Part shown: one piece after another, positions 13,901 to 26,900 of the stretch
How positions within the stretch are numbered: the first letter of the stretch is position 1
Layout of the letters: the number at the start of each line of letters is the position of its first letter
DNA from: Raillietiella orientalis
Lineage: Eukaryota
Direction: 5' to 3'
Length of the DNA stretch: 64,000 nt
Assembly: GCA_036172245.1 (NCBI GenBank)
Contig: JAYWIR010000046.1
Span: 434,001-498,000 of the forward strand
Made by a program: the position numbers and the translations under genes
Notes under the pieces: model-generated
Told to the model about the DNA's origin: nothing
The model's input: only the letters and a program-made list of their open reading frames with translations
The model's database searches: none

Positions 13901-16900
13901 GACATGGGCTAAAAGATTTCGACTTCAGTTGCACATTTGAGGAGAGTTCTTGGCTCCCGTCGCACGTAAGAATGGGCCGGATATGACGATATATCAAAAG
14001 AATAAATCCAACAGAGAGCACTCTTCCGTGCTACTGCGGACAAACGGGAGGTCTACCAGGGAGGGGCTGGGATCCAACCCTCATGAAGAGACACTCTGTC
14101 GATCAAGAAACAGACTCCCGAACATCACTTGCATCACTTGCCCGTTTATTTCCTTCGTTTCTTTATTGTTTTCGTTACCTGGATAGTGACCTCGGTGAGA
14201 GCAAAAGATGATCTGAGCAAATGGCCGCTGCTGTTTCGTCGCAAAGTGTGCTACAGCAGCGACGAGGTGATCGTGCCAAAACTCGTTCCGACACTGTTTC
14301 CCGGGGAAAAGTCCTACGTGTACTACGTGTCCTTTGCATGACATGAGACCCAACGACTGCATGTTTGCGATAAACTCCACATTCTTCCTTAGCAACACCT
14401 CAACCTGTTGGTAGCATACATTTTAAGGATGACGAATGCTTCCAATACTCCTAAACCTACTTAAAAGGCAAATACGTGCTCTAAAGATTCGGTCTGCGTA
14501 CATTACAAAATCTGTAAATTCGAAGGATAGTGAGCAGAAGTCATATGAACTTCTTAAACTAAAACCACCAATCTGTGCTGCAATCCTGGTTTTGCCTTAC
14601 ATCCTCCTTGCTTTCATTTCATAGTGCAAAAAGTCTTGGACTATGACACGTTCTTCTCCTTCTCTTCCTTCTTCTTCGTGATTAGCGAGTGCATAAAAGC
14701 TTTTTCGAGTTTGCATCACTCTCTAGAATCGCAACATCTGTGCTCCTCCTCCTAGATGGATTGTTCCTGGCTCATGATTTCATTACTATTTCCTTTTCAT
14801 CGGATGCTCAGGAACAAGATGTATAAAGGCCATGCTTGTCTTTGGCCGTCATACACAGGGCCTAAAAAAATCTCAGTCATTTGGTGTGTTCACTGCATCT
14901 CTTCCTGCTAGCAAATTTTGCTTCGAGAACGATCGCTGGATTGAGGTTCTCGTGATGCAATACCCTCTACTTTTGATTCCTGGTTAGGCTAAGCATCTTA
15001 TTGTTTTAAGAAAAACGCTGGGGAGATGATTATCATGAAACTTATTTCCGAATGAACTGTCTCCTTCAAGAGGTAAAGAACGAGGTGAAAACATGATAGC
15101 TTTCAGCCAGAAAAAAAGGCATGAGCGGCAAAAGTGATTTCTGTGCTTTTTTGAGACACAGGTGAACAGCATCTTGCAAATCTCCAGCTTCTGAAAAATA
15201 ACTTTCAAGGGGATGAGTAATGAAATAAGAGATGACGATGATTCAGTAATGAGCAAATCGGGCACAGAGCATCTGGAGTGAAGCAGCGCAAGCAATATTG
15301 GGAATCCATTAGCAGACTGACCATTCAGTGCAAGTGCAGAGTGCAACATTTTAAGACATTTCCGAAAACAAAGGAAGCTGAGGTTTTGTTTCTTTGCCGG
15401 TTCTGAAAGCAGGTACAAGCTAGTCGAAAAGATCGCCAGTCGACTAGCTGCCACATAATGGGAAACCTTCAGAGAGACTCCTGTGTGGGTACACACACAC
15501 ACGAAAAAAAGTCATCTTTTAAAAATAAAAAAGTTGTCAGAAACGAAATAATAAGAAATACTCTTTGTAGTCTGGCTTCTTATCGGCAGAGATTGGCAAG
15601 GCATTGAGAACATTTCAGGGAAAAGGAGTATACAGATTGAGGATGCAAAGAAACATCGGAAGCGTTGCGTTAGTTTTGTGTCTCATGTTCTTGTGTCCTC
15701 CTATTCTTGCACAGCACTACCAAGGAATAACCATGTCGAATCATGGTGAGAGGAAAGACCAAAGTCTCACCATGATAAAGGTGTTGCTGTCCGAAATAAT
15801 GGAACCAGCACTGATGCTTTGTTTCTATGGTATGAAGTCGATTAACGAGCAGATTACTTCCACAAAAGGATCATTTAGTTTGGTTTAACTCTTGCTCTCC
15901 AGAGGAAGGATGAAATTCCTAATTACCTCAATGTAATTTGCAGCATCAAGTTCGAAAAAAATATAAACATTAATTCAACACTTTATTTGGAATAGACAGC
16001 GAACTTGAACGCAAATCCCGAAATAAATAAAAATACACTCTGCACTAATGAACTCTAGGTTAAAGATAAGGATAAATCGAAAAACAAAGGCGGTTCATTT
16101 TTACTCACGAAAGGAATGGGAAAAAAATGACAGAAATGCTACTGCAGTTTTTCAAGTTTACTTGTTTCTTGATTCCCCGATGTCGTTCCCTTACGAAAAT
16201 GTTTTCCTCTTATTCTCTAGGCCTCTTGTGCATGCTTCGTAGAATTCGCCGTCACATAAAATTCGATTCCCGCTTGATGAGCTTCGTTTTTTTTGTTTTG
16301 TTTTGTTTTACTGAACTAACGCTACAATCATCATCACATGTTTGGTTCTCTGAAGGAGAGAGACTGGAACTGCGTGATGGGGAGACGAAAAGTTCCCCAT
16401 TGGGAACATTTTAATTTTCTCTGACTCACGTAGAACAGCAGAAGGATCTTGACAACAAACTTCTGCATGTACTGGGAACAGCAGCTCAGAGCGTTCCTTC
16501 TACCACGGCACAATATCTTATACTATCGACATCCCTCCACGTTCCTGATCGTTACCGTGAACGAGGTCGAAAGAATTTTTCCCAACGCATCTTTTTTTGA
16601 ATGAGGGTTTTAACCCGATTCACATGGTGTTCCCCGGCTAAAGTAAGCCTGAACAATCTTCGTCAACCGTAATCTTTCTTTAAAGTTTAGGTCTGCATCC
16701 CTCTCTGACTGATGCAGTCTTCTCAACATTGTGCTAACGTTCTCCTGCAAATTTGAGTTTGGTCCTTTCCAATATGAAAAACTGACTGCATCATGTTTTC
16801 AAAAACAGATCAATTGTAAATAGCGGCTGACATTATTACAGCTAGACTACCAAGTGCAACCCGGATTGAATGTACGCTTCGAGAGAGAGATACATGCCTA

Positions 16901-17300
16901 AGTTTTCCTAACGCAGCGTGGTATGACGATGACCTCGGGAGCGTGTTCTGGTATAAGGTGTTGGTTTCTGCACACACCCTCTTCACCTTTGATTTCCTTC
17001 TTTTTTTACAATACGAGTTTCAGAGAAGTTCCTTGCAAAAAAAGAGCAAAGATGTTTACGAAATCGGCTATTTTAAGAATGTTGATGCAACTAGCAAAAC
17101 GGTTTAGAATTGCCCTCGATACTGTGACAGCTTAATTTGAAAAATTTCCTCAGTAACTGATTTTCATAACAACTGAACTGTGTTCTCGAATTTTGAAAAC
17201 CAAGAAAGCACTTATGGAAGGAGGTAATCTTTTCTCCATTCCGATACAAAGCACTGAATGATAGCACTCTAAAATGAGTTGGGTCTATCAATTAACCGGC
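11000..17300 (-). pseudogene. Decayed multi-exon WD40 gene, tentatively WDR87/WDR97-like (copy B: WD40 region ~13.4-16 kb, K/E/S-rich frameshifted tail ~12-13.3 kb)
   Basis: IISDSNTFIMVRLWSFLSP* (~15741-15800), ARIGGHKN...LNLYTPF (~15620-15710), exon after acceptor at ~15480 with RCSVPDLLITESSSSLISLLIP, HDHLVAAVAHFATKQQRPFAQIIFCSHRGHYP|gtaacg (14180-14275), donor gtgagt at ~16429. The long tail exon is broken into three overlapping ORFs (12266-13045) plus upstream stops. Confidence 0.5.
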
Positions 17301-17302
17301 AA

Positions 17303-17742
17303 GAATGGTTCTAAACACGTAGATCCCCATGTCATTTTTCTATGCAGTCACCATTTTTTTCCAAACACTTTTGATATCGTGGAATAAGCTTTTCGAAACC
17401 CTCTGCATGAAATTCTGCTGCCTAAGCACATCCTTTTGGTCCCACACACTGCTGTCCGCACATTCCAGACAATTCGGAAATTCAAATGGGAACTTTTTGA
17501 TCACCCACCTTATAATCCTGCCCAGTGACTACCACGACTCCCTGTACCTCAAGAAGTGGCTCAAGGATTCGAGGGGGAAAGTGAGAAGTTGAAAACTGTA
17601 GTGTTGCTGAACTGGCTGAACTCCCAGGTGGCGCAATTTTATGCAGAGTGTTTTAAAAAACTTATTCCAGTATCAAAATTGTTTGCAAAAAAATGGTAAC
17701 TGCATAGAAAAATGACATGAGGATCTGTGTTCAGAACCACTC
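17303..17742. mobile_element. MITE-like element / foldback: ~120-bp imperfect terminal inverted repeats around a ~200-bp spacer
   Basis: Left arm 17303-17423 (gaatggttctaaacacgtagatccccatgtcatttttctatgcagtcaccattttttt...) is the imperfect reverse complement of right arm 17626-17742 (...aaaaaaatggtaactgcatagaaaaatgacatgaggatctgtgttcagaaccactc). No coding capacity and no clear TSD. Confidence 0.75.
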
Positions 17743-19528
17743 ATACATTTCTGCTTCTTTTATTTGTTCTTTATTCCGATCGGTTTTTACTTTTCAGATG
17801 CAAGCCGTATATTTCCACTATTTGCAGCATGATAAAAGAGCTGAAACTCTCAAAGTCCTATTAGGGAAAAAGAATGGCTGGCTGTCTTTGCTGTTTCCCC
17901 GAGGAATATTTCAGCAAAAATTTGATAGAAAGAATGGGGAGTTGATAGAATAACAAGCAATTAATATGAGACATAAAATTAGTACGAAACTTACGCTGCA
18001 GTCCTCGTGTTGAGTTATGGCGGTTTTGACGTTTCTTCCGTTAGAGCCCGCTTTCAAAGGAAGTGAACGTCGAACGCGATGATGCGATTTTTCGCAAGCC
18101 TTTCATCTCCCAGTCTTGGATGATTTCTGAATTCTGCGGGAAAAGCCCAGCAGTTCAGGACTGCCGAATACAGACTTTTTGAAACCTTGTTCTTAGGGAC
18201 GCTGGGTACTAACAAAATATGAAGAGTAAATGGGTAACTTCTTTCTTCCAGACGGAAATAGACGGCCTCATAGCGCTCGAGGAACAGTCCCTCTGCGCTC
18301 TGACGTCTCCTCCCTTTCATAAGAGGAAGCTCGGTGCAGCGGAGATCTGAATCTGTGCACCCTCGCAGAATCCTCACCGAGGATTCGAGTTCCGCGGCAG
18401 CGTGATGACGTTGCAGCCAACTCGCGTGGGTGTTAGACACATGCCTGGGTGACGCTTGCCTCTCTCACGAAGAACCGGCACCACATCGGCCACTTCCGGC
18501 CGGGTTGTCTTCTAGCCCGCCTGCTCGTTGTCAGTCTCCCCTTGTGAGAAGCGCCACGCTTCTTCTAAGCAGCATCGGAACCAAGCAGTCGTCCACCGAG
18601 CTGATGGTCTATGCCGAGCGATTGATCTCCACGGGCATGCCGACCGCGTCGAGCTGCGGACGCCGCGTTCCGGAAACGCCCCTTTCCTCCTGCGCTTCAC
18701 TCGCCTCTTCCGCGAATCCCGCGTTTTGGGAGCAGCGAGGGAGAGAGAGTGCCCTTCGACATCCCGCCCTGCACGGACCTCGTCTTTGAGTGGGCGGACC
18801 GCGTCTCCGGGGCACAATACAGGCATCCGGGACACGAGAGAAGGGAAGGAGGGTTACCAAGGCACCGAATCTCTGTCGCCCAACAGAGCCCTGCCTTGCC
18901 CTTGCCCATCAGCCAGGCGTTCTGGGTGTCCTCGCAGCTGATGCGTGCCTCAGAGGCTCCGGTGAATGGGGGAAGGGGGGGGGGAGAACTGCCGCAAGAG
19001 CGAGGTATCAAGGCGTTATCTATTCTTCTTCCCCCCCAAGCAAAGACGTGCGCAGGTCTGTCCGAAGGCATCGCTCCCCCTATTTCTAATTTTCGCGGGC
19101 GTCTTCTCTCCAGCAAGTCGCCAGAGGTTGCTCTCCGGCTTCGTGAGCACGCTGCTCCTTCTGGGTCGAGTCCCAGGAAGATGCGTTGAGGACAGCCTTG
19201 AAATGATACCACTGTAGTCTCTGGGCAGGGTGCACCCCCGTTGCTAGGTCGGCTTCCGGCGCAATCCGCAGGCGAGCAGCGCGCGCGGGTGTGGGTGTGA
19301 GGAGCATGGATCTCGCTCCTTCCTCCCCTTGAGTGGACCGAAGGGATCCACGAGAGGGGCGAGCGAAGCAATGAGGACACAGACACCCCCTTCACACTTT
19401 CCTCTCTCACTCTCAACGCCTTCTTAAGAGGCCTTCAGGATGTCCACTCATCGCTTCCTGGGTTTCCCACGCAGCTAGAAGACCGCCCCGCTGAGAAGGG
19501 TGATGCCCGGAGTTTGGAGCCCTGGCCC

Positions 19529-19554
19529 GGGGGAAGTGGGAAGTGGGGAGAGGG
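19529..19554 (+). promoter_or_regulatory. Potential G-quadruplex motif upstream of the GPCR
   Basis: GGGGG-AAGT-GGG-AAGT-GGGG-AGA-GGG fits the four G3+ tract pattern, ~205 bp 5' of the ATG. Confidence 0.35.
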
Positions 19555-19759
19555 AGGCGTTTCGAGGCCGCAAGGGGCCGGTGCTTCCTGTCTCAGCAGC
19601 ACGAGAGTGGGGGGAGTTCCTGGGAAGTCGAGAGGAGACGCGCGTGCACCCTCCCCAGAAGAGGGGAGAAAGGGACGATGGCGGCGGCAGTGCCGATGAC
19701 AGCGCTCTTTCTGTTCCAGGAAAAGCACGGAGCCGTAGGAACAGCCCGCCTTCCTCTCC

Positions 19760-20974
19760 ATGTGGTGGAACCTGTCCGAGAACGCCAGCTTGGCGGCGGA
19801 GGAGGCGCCGAGGAGTCCGCCCCTGTGCGACGACGAGGGCATCTCCTCCGTCGCCCTGATCGTTGCCAAGACGCTCTACTTCATGGTGTGCCTCGTGGGC
19901 CTCTTCGGGAACACTTTGGTGATCCTGGTAGTGCTGAGGTTCTCCCGCATGCAGACGGTGACCAACATGTACATCCTGAACCTCGCCCTGGCCGACGAGT
20001 GCTTCCTGATAGGCATCCCCTTCCTGCTGGTCAACATGTTCCTCCAGTACTGGCCCTTCGGCAACTTCGTCTGCAAGGCCTACTTCGCGACCACGGGCAT
20101 CAACCAGTTTACCAGCACCCTATTCCTCACGGTCATGAGCGCGGACAGGTACCTGGCCATCTGCCATCCCATCTCTGCGGCGGCCTGGAGGACGCCACTG
20201 CTGTCGAAGGCCATCTCGGCCGTGGTGTGGGTCGCATCCGCCCTCTTGGTCATCCCTGTCTTTATGTACGCCGAGTCCTTTGTTTACGTCGACAAGGTCA
20301 AGTGCAACATCGTCTGGCCGCGCAACACCTTTCTGGACGGGCAGCAGACCTTCATCATTTATTGCTTCGTCGCTGGATTCGCCGTCCCCGTGCTTCTCAT
20401 ACTCATCTTCTATTCGCTCGTCCTGCGCAGGCTCAACCACATCCAGGCCAGGAAAAAGGGCAAGGAGCGCAAGAAGTCTCACCGGAAGGTAACCCGCCTC
20501 GTGTTCGTGGTCATTGCGACGTACATCCTATGCTGGCTGCCCTACTGGAGTACGCAGCTAACCATCATCTCCCGCCCAGCGCAGAGCTCCCAGTCGGAAA
20601 CCATGACCGTCATCCATCTGGTGGCCGGCGTCCTCAGCTACTCCAACTCGGCCATCAATCCCATCCTCTACACATTTCTCAGCGACAACTTCAAAAAAAG
20701 CTTCGTCAAGGCATGCACCTGTGCGGAGAGGGGTGTGGTGGGCTTAGCCTCCACGCAGATGCGCGACGCATTCTCCAGGAAACCCAACAGCAACCAGACG
20801 GTGTCGGAGAAGCTGTCCAAGAACACCGAAGGACCAGACTACGCCCTGTGCGAGAAGGAAGGCAGGAGAAGGCACCAGCAGCTGGACGACCTAGACAGCG
20901 GACGCGCAGACTGGCGCGCCGCACGAATCGGGACGCTCACGAACTACGGGTGCCCTCAAGAGACGCACCTGTGA
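19760..20974 (+). CDS. AstC-R: Allatostatin-C receptor / somatostatin receptor-like class A GPCR, 404 aa, intronless CDS
   Basis: Seven hydrophobic helices with GLFGNTLVI, TNMYILNLALADECF, INQFTS, MSADRY, ILCWLPYW and YSNSAINPILYTFLSDNFKKSF, all typical of arthropod AstC receptors. An in-frame TAG 8 codons upstream fixes the start. Strong GC3 bias. Confidence 0.93.
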   Translation: MWWNLSENASLAAEEAPRSPPLCDDEGISSVALIVAKTLYFMVCLVGLFGNTLVILVVLRFSRMQTVTNMYILNLALADECFLIGIPFLLVNMFLQYWPFGNFVCKAYFATTGINQFTSTLFLTVMSADRYLAICHPISAAAWRTPLLSKAISAVVWVASALLVIPVFMYAESFVYVDKVKCNIVWPRNTFLDGQQTFIIYCFVAGFAVPVLLILIFYSLVLRRLNHIQARKKGKERKKSHRKVTRLVFVVIATYILCWLPYWSTQLTIISRPAQSSQSETMTVIHLVAGVLSYSNSAINPILYTFLSDNFKKSFVKACTCAERGVVGLASTQMRDAFSRKPNSNQTVSEKLSKNTEGPDYALCEKEGRRRHQQLDDLDSGRADWRAARIGTLTNYGCPQETHL

Positions 20975-23900
20975 CCGACACGCACGGTGCCTTCCCAAAC
21001 TGGCCTTCCTCTTTTCTCTGATCTTTCTCCTTCTCTCTGGTTCGGATCTTTCCTCTACTTCTCATTCGTCTTCTCTTCCTCCACATCCTCCTTCTGTACT
21101 CTCAGATCATGGTGAATCCAAACCAAACTCCTCGTATTTTCCCACCCTCCCCCCTACCTCCCCCTTCCCTTCAAAAGAAAATTAGAGGTAGCGTTCTTTG
21201 ATATGCAGCTGCCTTCTTGAGGAAGATAGGAAGACACTTCGCCAATTGCCGCCCAAGGATGTCCTTCGAGGAGGGATTCTAGTTGAAAGAAGCGGCTTGA
21301 CGTGCTGAGAACGAATCCAACCTTTCCCACGCCCCACTTCTTTGGAGTTCTGAGATCTACGAAAGGAAGAGGCTGCGAGTCCCTGAAGAACTCATCACCG
21401 GCAAAGGGACTCCGCACAACTCCTCATGGGAGCGAACGCCCAAAAATTCGCAAGGCACGCGCAGCTCACGCCAGACCAGAACCAGAAGGAACGTGGCACT
21501 CTCTCCTTTTTCTCCCTTCCTCAAGAACCAGGCGCCTTCTCCCGCTCCACGCTCGAAGCCACTCGGGAAGCGGCCGCTGGCAAGGATCCGCCATTCACCG
21601 ATCCCCTTCATGCCCACGTACACGTGTCCGTAAGGTAGATCCCCCACCAAGAAGGCGACGCTCACTGGGAGGTACAGGAGATGGAAGTCTCCGGGAATGT
21701 CGGGAGAAGCGTCCCCAGTTCGCGCTCCCCATCGAGCTGGATCGATCGGATCGCCCGGGACACAGAAATCCCGTAGCAGAGGAATGAGAGAGTGCGCATC
21801 CCTCCGGCGAGACGACCGCCGACGGCATAGGAGCGCCGTCCCGGCGGCTCGCCAAAGACGGCATACGGACTCCCCAAAGAAGTCGCCTTTCCTCTCTCCC
21901 GCTCTTCGTGCCGTCATCACAGGGGCAATCAGTCCCAGGTGACTGACTTTTCCCACCTTCCCCTCCTTCCCCTTCCCTCCCCCCAGCCGAGTGATGTAAT
22001 GAAGGCGCACTATGTCGAAGAAAAGAATTTTACCCTCCCGCAGGAAAGTCTTGGAAACGTGCGATTTTTTCTTTTCTTCTTCTTCTTTTCAAGAACGCAT
22101 CTTGCTAACAGGTCGCTTGCATGTTTGAATCTCATCGTTATTATCATTATTCCCAGAACGTGTCTAGACGCTGAGAAAACGAGCCGATTCCCTTTTGGGT
22201 GACCTGTACTGACGAAACAGACGTGATAGGAATGACCAGCCGGAATACAAACCGAGCTGTCCTTTGAAGCTTAGCATTCATGCGTTTAGATGATAACGCG
22301 CGGATTGGGTGCAGGTGGGCTCGGTTGAAGCACCCTACTAAGCGGGCCAGTCGGTGTTTCCCACATCCAGGACTCGCACGAACAAGGCGAGAAGCTTCGG
22401 CATGCGTGTTTATCTGAATTTACCTACTGCGCTCCGGTGCAAACCGAATTCAGCACCGTCGAATTGCATCATCTCTTTCGATTTGAAAATGAGCTTTGAA
22501 AGGAAGACGTGATGAGCGCCGTGACGGGCGGAAATCGCGTAGACAGAGCGACACGCACCGCAAGCGAACACCTTGCACGAGGACTCACTTTCGTCCGTCA
22601 TGTCCAGAAAGCGAAAGCTGAACGGGAACTGCAACCGCTGTGCAGAATGCAGCGCTATAAGGAAGTCTACGTGCAGGTGTATAGCACGCAGGGCGCACGT
22701 TACACGTCCTGAACAGGAATCACCTGGAAATTGGATTTTGCTGACAAATACCGGTCCCATTCCGAATCGCCACTGGCTCAGCAGCAAGAAGGAAAATTTT
22801 CTGGGACTGTGGAAAAATCTCTTGTGAAAAATTTGTATTCCGTTTCTAAAGCATCCATATGCTTGATTTCAGCTAGCTTTAATGAAGGAAACAAGAAGAG
22901 ATATAAATTCAATAGAAGCATTCAATCTTTTACTACATATCAGAATAATATGATATTATTGCCAGTTGATGATACTTTGATGTTTATTTCCTTCAATTTA
23001 TAGCTGAATGAAATGAATGCAACAAGAAACAGAGCAAAAAAAGAGCAACGCAACGCGCGCAAAAAAAAAATAACGACATTTAAATAATGTTTTCTAATTT
23101 TGATGGAACAAAGTTTCTTTCTTGGAACTTTAGAGCATTCCATAGTTTATCTAAGAAAGTGCCCGTTCCACAACTGTGGCTGTTGAAGTTGATGCTGATG
23201 ATACTCTAAGGATAATCAAAGTATTTAGGAATAATCCTTCGACCTGATTAGTGCACATCGTAAATGACAGTTGCTTGGATACAGAATTTCATGAATACAA
23301 GATTCCAGTTCTTTTACAAAATCCTTTTTAGAAATTTGTTTTTCTCTTTGAATCAGCTACAGTGTCTCCATAATGTTAGAAAAGGTTACCTGAATCCTTG
23401 CCTTTGCTGGTGACTGCCTTTTCTAAAGCAGAAAAGTGAAATTTTGCTAGTACGGATTACACTCGATCCCTTGGGAGCGGCTCAATATTTACGGAACAAA
23501 AACGGACTCAAGATAGATTCTGTTGTTCTGGGATTCCATGCTTGCATTCTTATCGACTTGATATAAGATTTTCCTTCAAGAATATTGGCAGATTACTCGC
23601 CCTTAAAAGCTGCTGTTAACCTGGATTGGTTTGCAATCCTCCTCCCAATTTCAAAAATTCACGTCTTCGAGTTTCGAATTTTGCAAAATTTCCTAGATTT
23701 TCCCAACGTCATACTTGCATCGCAAGTATGATGTTGCACTCTTGCTGGGACTCCGAAGATGCCTAAACAAGAAAGCTTACAGCTTGCTTTTGTGATAAAA
23801 TGAAGCTCGCGTTCGTAAGCTTTCCAGAGAGAATGAAAGAATCGGGGTACAAATGAAAAATAATAGTATCAGTGGAAGATCAACAAGAAAAGCAGGCAAC

Positions 23901-26900
23901 AAAAGCACAACTCAAAAGGCTAAACTTTTTAGGAAAGAAATGAGCCTTTAGCCTAATTTAGAAATTATGAAAGGAATTCAGACAGCCTGGAAACGAGAAT
24001 TTCCCAGTTTGCGACAAGACAAAACGAGGTCTCAGAAAAGTTCTGGATGCAAGAGATGCCTACGGTAGGCTTTTATCGTTGCAAGTCCATTGGTCCTTTT
24101 TCCCGAGTGTGCGTTTGGGTATGTTATGTGTGTCTTTTGGATTCAGGTGGATTTAGCTGCGTTGACACATGGAGAGTTGGGCATTTCTCAGGTGTCCAAA
24201 GACCACTCCAATTAATACGACCGCATGTTTCGTTATAGAGGCTGTGCTTCCAAATCGTGTGACTGAGGAAATGGAGATCCAAAAATTACAAAATTTCTTC
24301 AGAATAGTTCGGACATATTTCCAACAAAATAAGTGGATACTCTGGAGGGGAACAGACACACGATGCACTTGTAGTACTGTACACTGAATGCAAGCATCTG
24401 GTCTTCGGATCAGATTCAAGAATGTTACTCATAATCACCAAGTGACAAGGAAAACTTCAAATACCTACAGATGTTAAGATTGAGATTCAAGTGTTGTACG
24501 ATGATTTAAAGATACATGATTACATAATGCCTTCATTTTCTTTAAGAAAAGTATTGAACGCAAAATTATCAAGCATTAATGCCGCGAGTAGTGCAAATGA
24601 CTTATCAATTTTATGTTTAACTTTTAATTAAATGCAATCGCCCATGACAACGTAATTTCTGCTTTCACGGTGCTTCTTCCAAAATTTCTTGAAAGGAAAC
24701 AAAGAGATCTGCATCGACTTATACGGGAGATGTGACTAGATCCTTATAGAGATGTTTTGACAGTGGTAAAATGTTTCCAAACGCGAATAAAAGAAATTTT
24801 GCAGTAGTCAATAGTCAGCAGTAGTCAGCATCCCGAATAAAACACTCAACAAATGAAGTTCATTCTTTATGAAGATGTTATTCATATCAATGATAATCAT
24901 CTTTTTTTGTTAGATATCCTTCCTTACAATACATAATAAATCACGCTTTAAGATATATGAATTAAACGTGACCTATCAGTGACACTCTTGGAGCCAGGTA
25001 AATATTAAAAGCTTTTCCCACGATACCACTGAATAGGAAAACAAAATCTGTGCCGCAAAAAATGGAAATATGAAAGCAAAATCAGAAAGATGATTTTTCG
25101 ATGATATCTTTATCATGCTAGGTATCTTATAGCATCATGTTCATAATCCTAGGGAAGTTAGGTATTCAAAATATCCCGAATGAAATTACTAAAGGATCTT
25201 TCGTACGTACAAGTTCCAAAAGTGAGCATTTGGGAAGCTTTCATCCCAATGGAAAAATGCTAGTGTTCATGGTCTCATGATTGTATGACCACTAAAATAA
25301 ACTGCTTATAGTAAGATTTATTAAGATACCATATTACGGTATCTTCATTCTTTGAAGAAAAAAAGGATCTCCAATAGGTTTAGTTATTAGAAAACAAAAT
25401 ACCCTATGAAATTTTACTCTGAAGACACATTGTTGAAATCAGTCTTTGCACTTACTTGGAAGATGGATTCGATAAGATGCAAATTCTTTAAAAAAAAAAA
25501 AAAGAAAGCCGATCCAAACATGTAACAAAGTCAAACAGCCAAGCAAAGGTTGGATTTCTGTCGGAGTCACTCCCACCCAAGCTGTGGAAATTCCAATATG
25601 CATTCTGAGCTAACCACCAGCTGATAAAGCGTAGCACTATGCAATCAAAAGTTCAAGATGACATCAAAAGTTTAATTCACCGTTTGATTTTTGAAGACCT
25701 CGCTGACGATGCTAGAACAAAAATGAAAATCCTTGATTCTTGGTTTCTCAGATCAGATAAACTTGCATTTTCCAGAGTTCTCATCAAATGTTTTCCATAG
25801 TCTCACAAATACTTTTAAAACCTTCACCCGCGGCAGCTCAACTTCTTTTGAATGTGTACGGTGTCACAAAGGACCAACAAAACAGACTCCCCTGCACACT
25901 TCAGCAAACTTACAAATGGCAATATTCTAAAGGGTACCTTACAGACTTATAAACGTGTATTGAAGAGCATTTAAAACCCTCAAATTCTTATTCGAGAGAA
26001 AGAAGCTCTCATGTTGATTGATAGAAAATTCTTAGTGTTATTTTCTCACGACTGACCTAAACATTAGCAATCATTGTATCAAAGCAATGGATGGAAAATG
26101 TTTTCCATGAAAATAGGAACATAATAAAAGTAATGCATGCAATGCAGAAAGCACTTTCACACAAGCTCTTCTTGAAACTTAATATATGCCTTTGGCACAC
26201 TCTAAGTTAATAGCATATTTAATAGTATAAATAAAATTTGCTGCCTTCACAGTTTAAGCTTTAAAAGGATAATGATGACAGTTCCGTTCGTGGAGAAATC
26301 TCACAAATGCTTGAAGTCTACCTGGAAAAATAAATACGTGGAACGAGTCCGATGCAAATGCAATACATCATCAAATTCATTATCATACTTAGAGATGAGT
26401 ATCGCAATTGATTATTCAAATTCATAACTGAAATCATTTGAACTGCATCTTCAGAAAACCGAGAAATCCCAGAAAAATCAGTCAGCAACGAAGAAAAGAA
26501 GAAACATGCATAAATTATAATTACATTTGAATCGTCATCGATTCTTTTATTCTTTCACGAGTTCACCACTATCGCACTTTTCCTATTTCTTTTCTCCTTC
26601 CGTATAACTTTTTCTTTTAGTTTTCATAAACCCATGAACGCATGGAGCTTTTCAAAAACCCCACAATTCTATGGAATTAGGTCCTTTGAGAATTATAATC
26701 CTTTTAGAAATCCACATCACACTTGCATTATTTCTGAGATATAGATGATCCGGAAGCATACGTTTGGGGAGGCTTTAACAGTTTTCGTTCCTGGGAGAAA
26801 AGCATCATTCGGTTTTCTAAACCCATGCAGTCTTTGAGACCAATTTACACTTCTGAGACGACACATTTTTGATTATTTTTAGCATCAAACTTCTCGCCTT

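Noticed and set aside
19543..21021. 492-aa alternative-frame ORF fully overlapping the GPCR
   Set aside because: Expected by-product of the extreme C/G third-position bias of the real CDS; Arg/Pro/His/Gly-rich, with no domain and a non-ATG start.
23707..23733. Short hairpin catacttgc-atc-gcaagtatg
   Set aside because: Too short and isolated to distinguish from chance.
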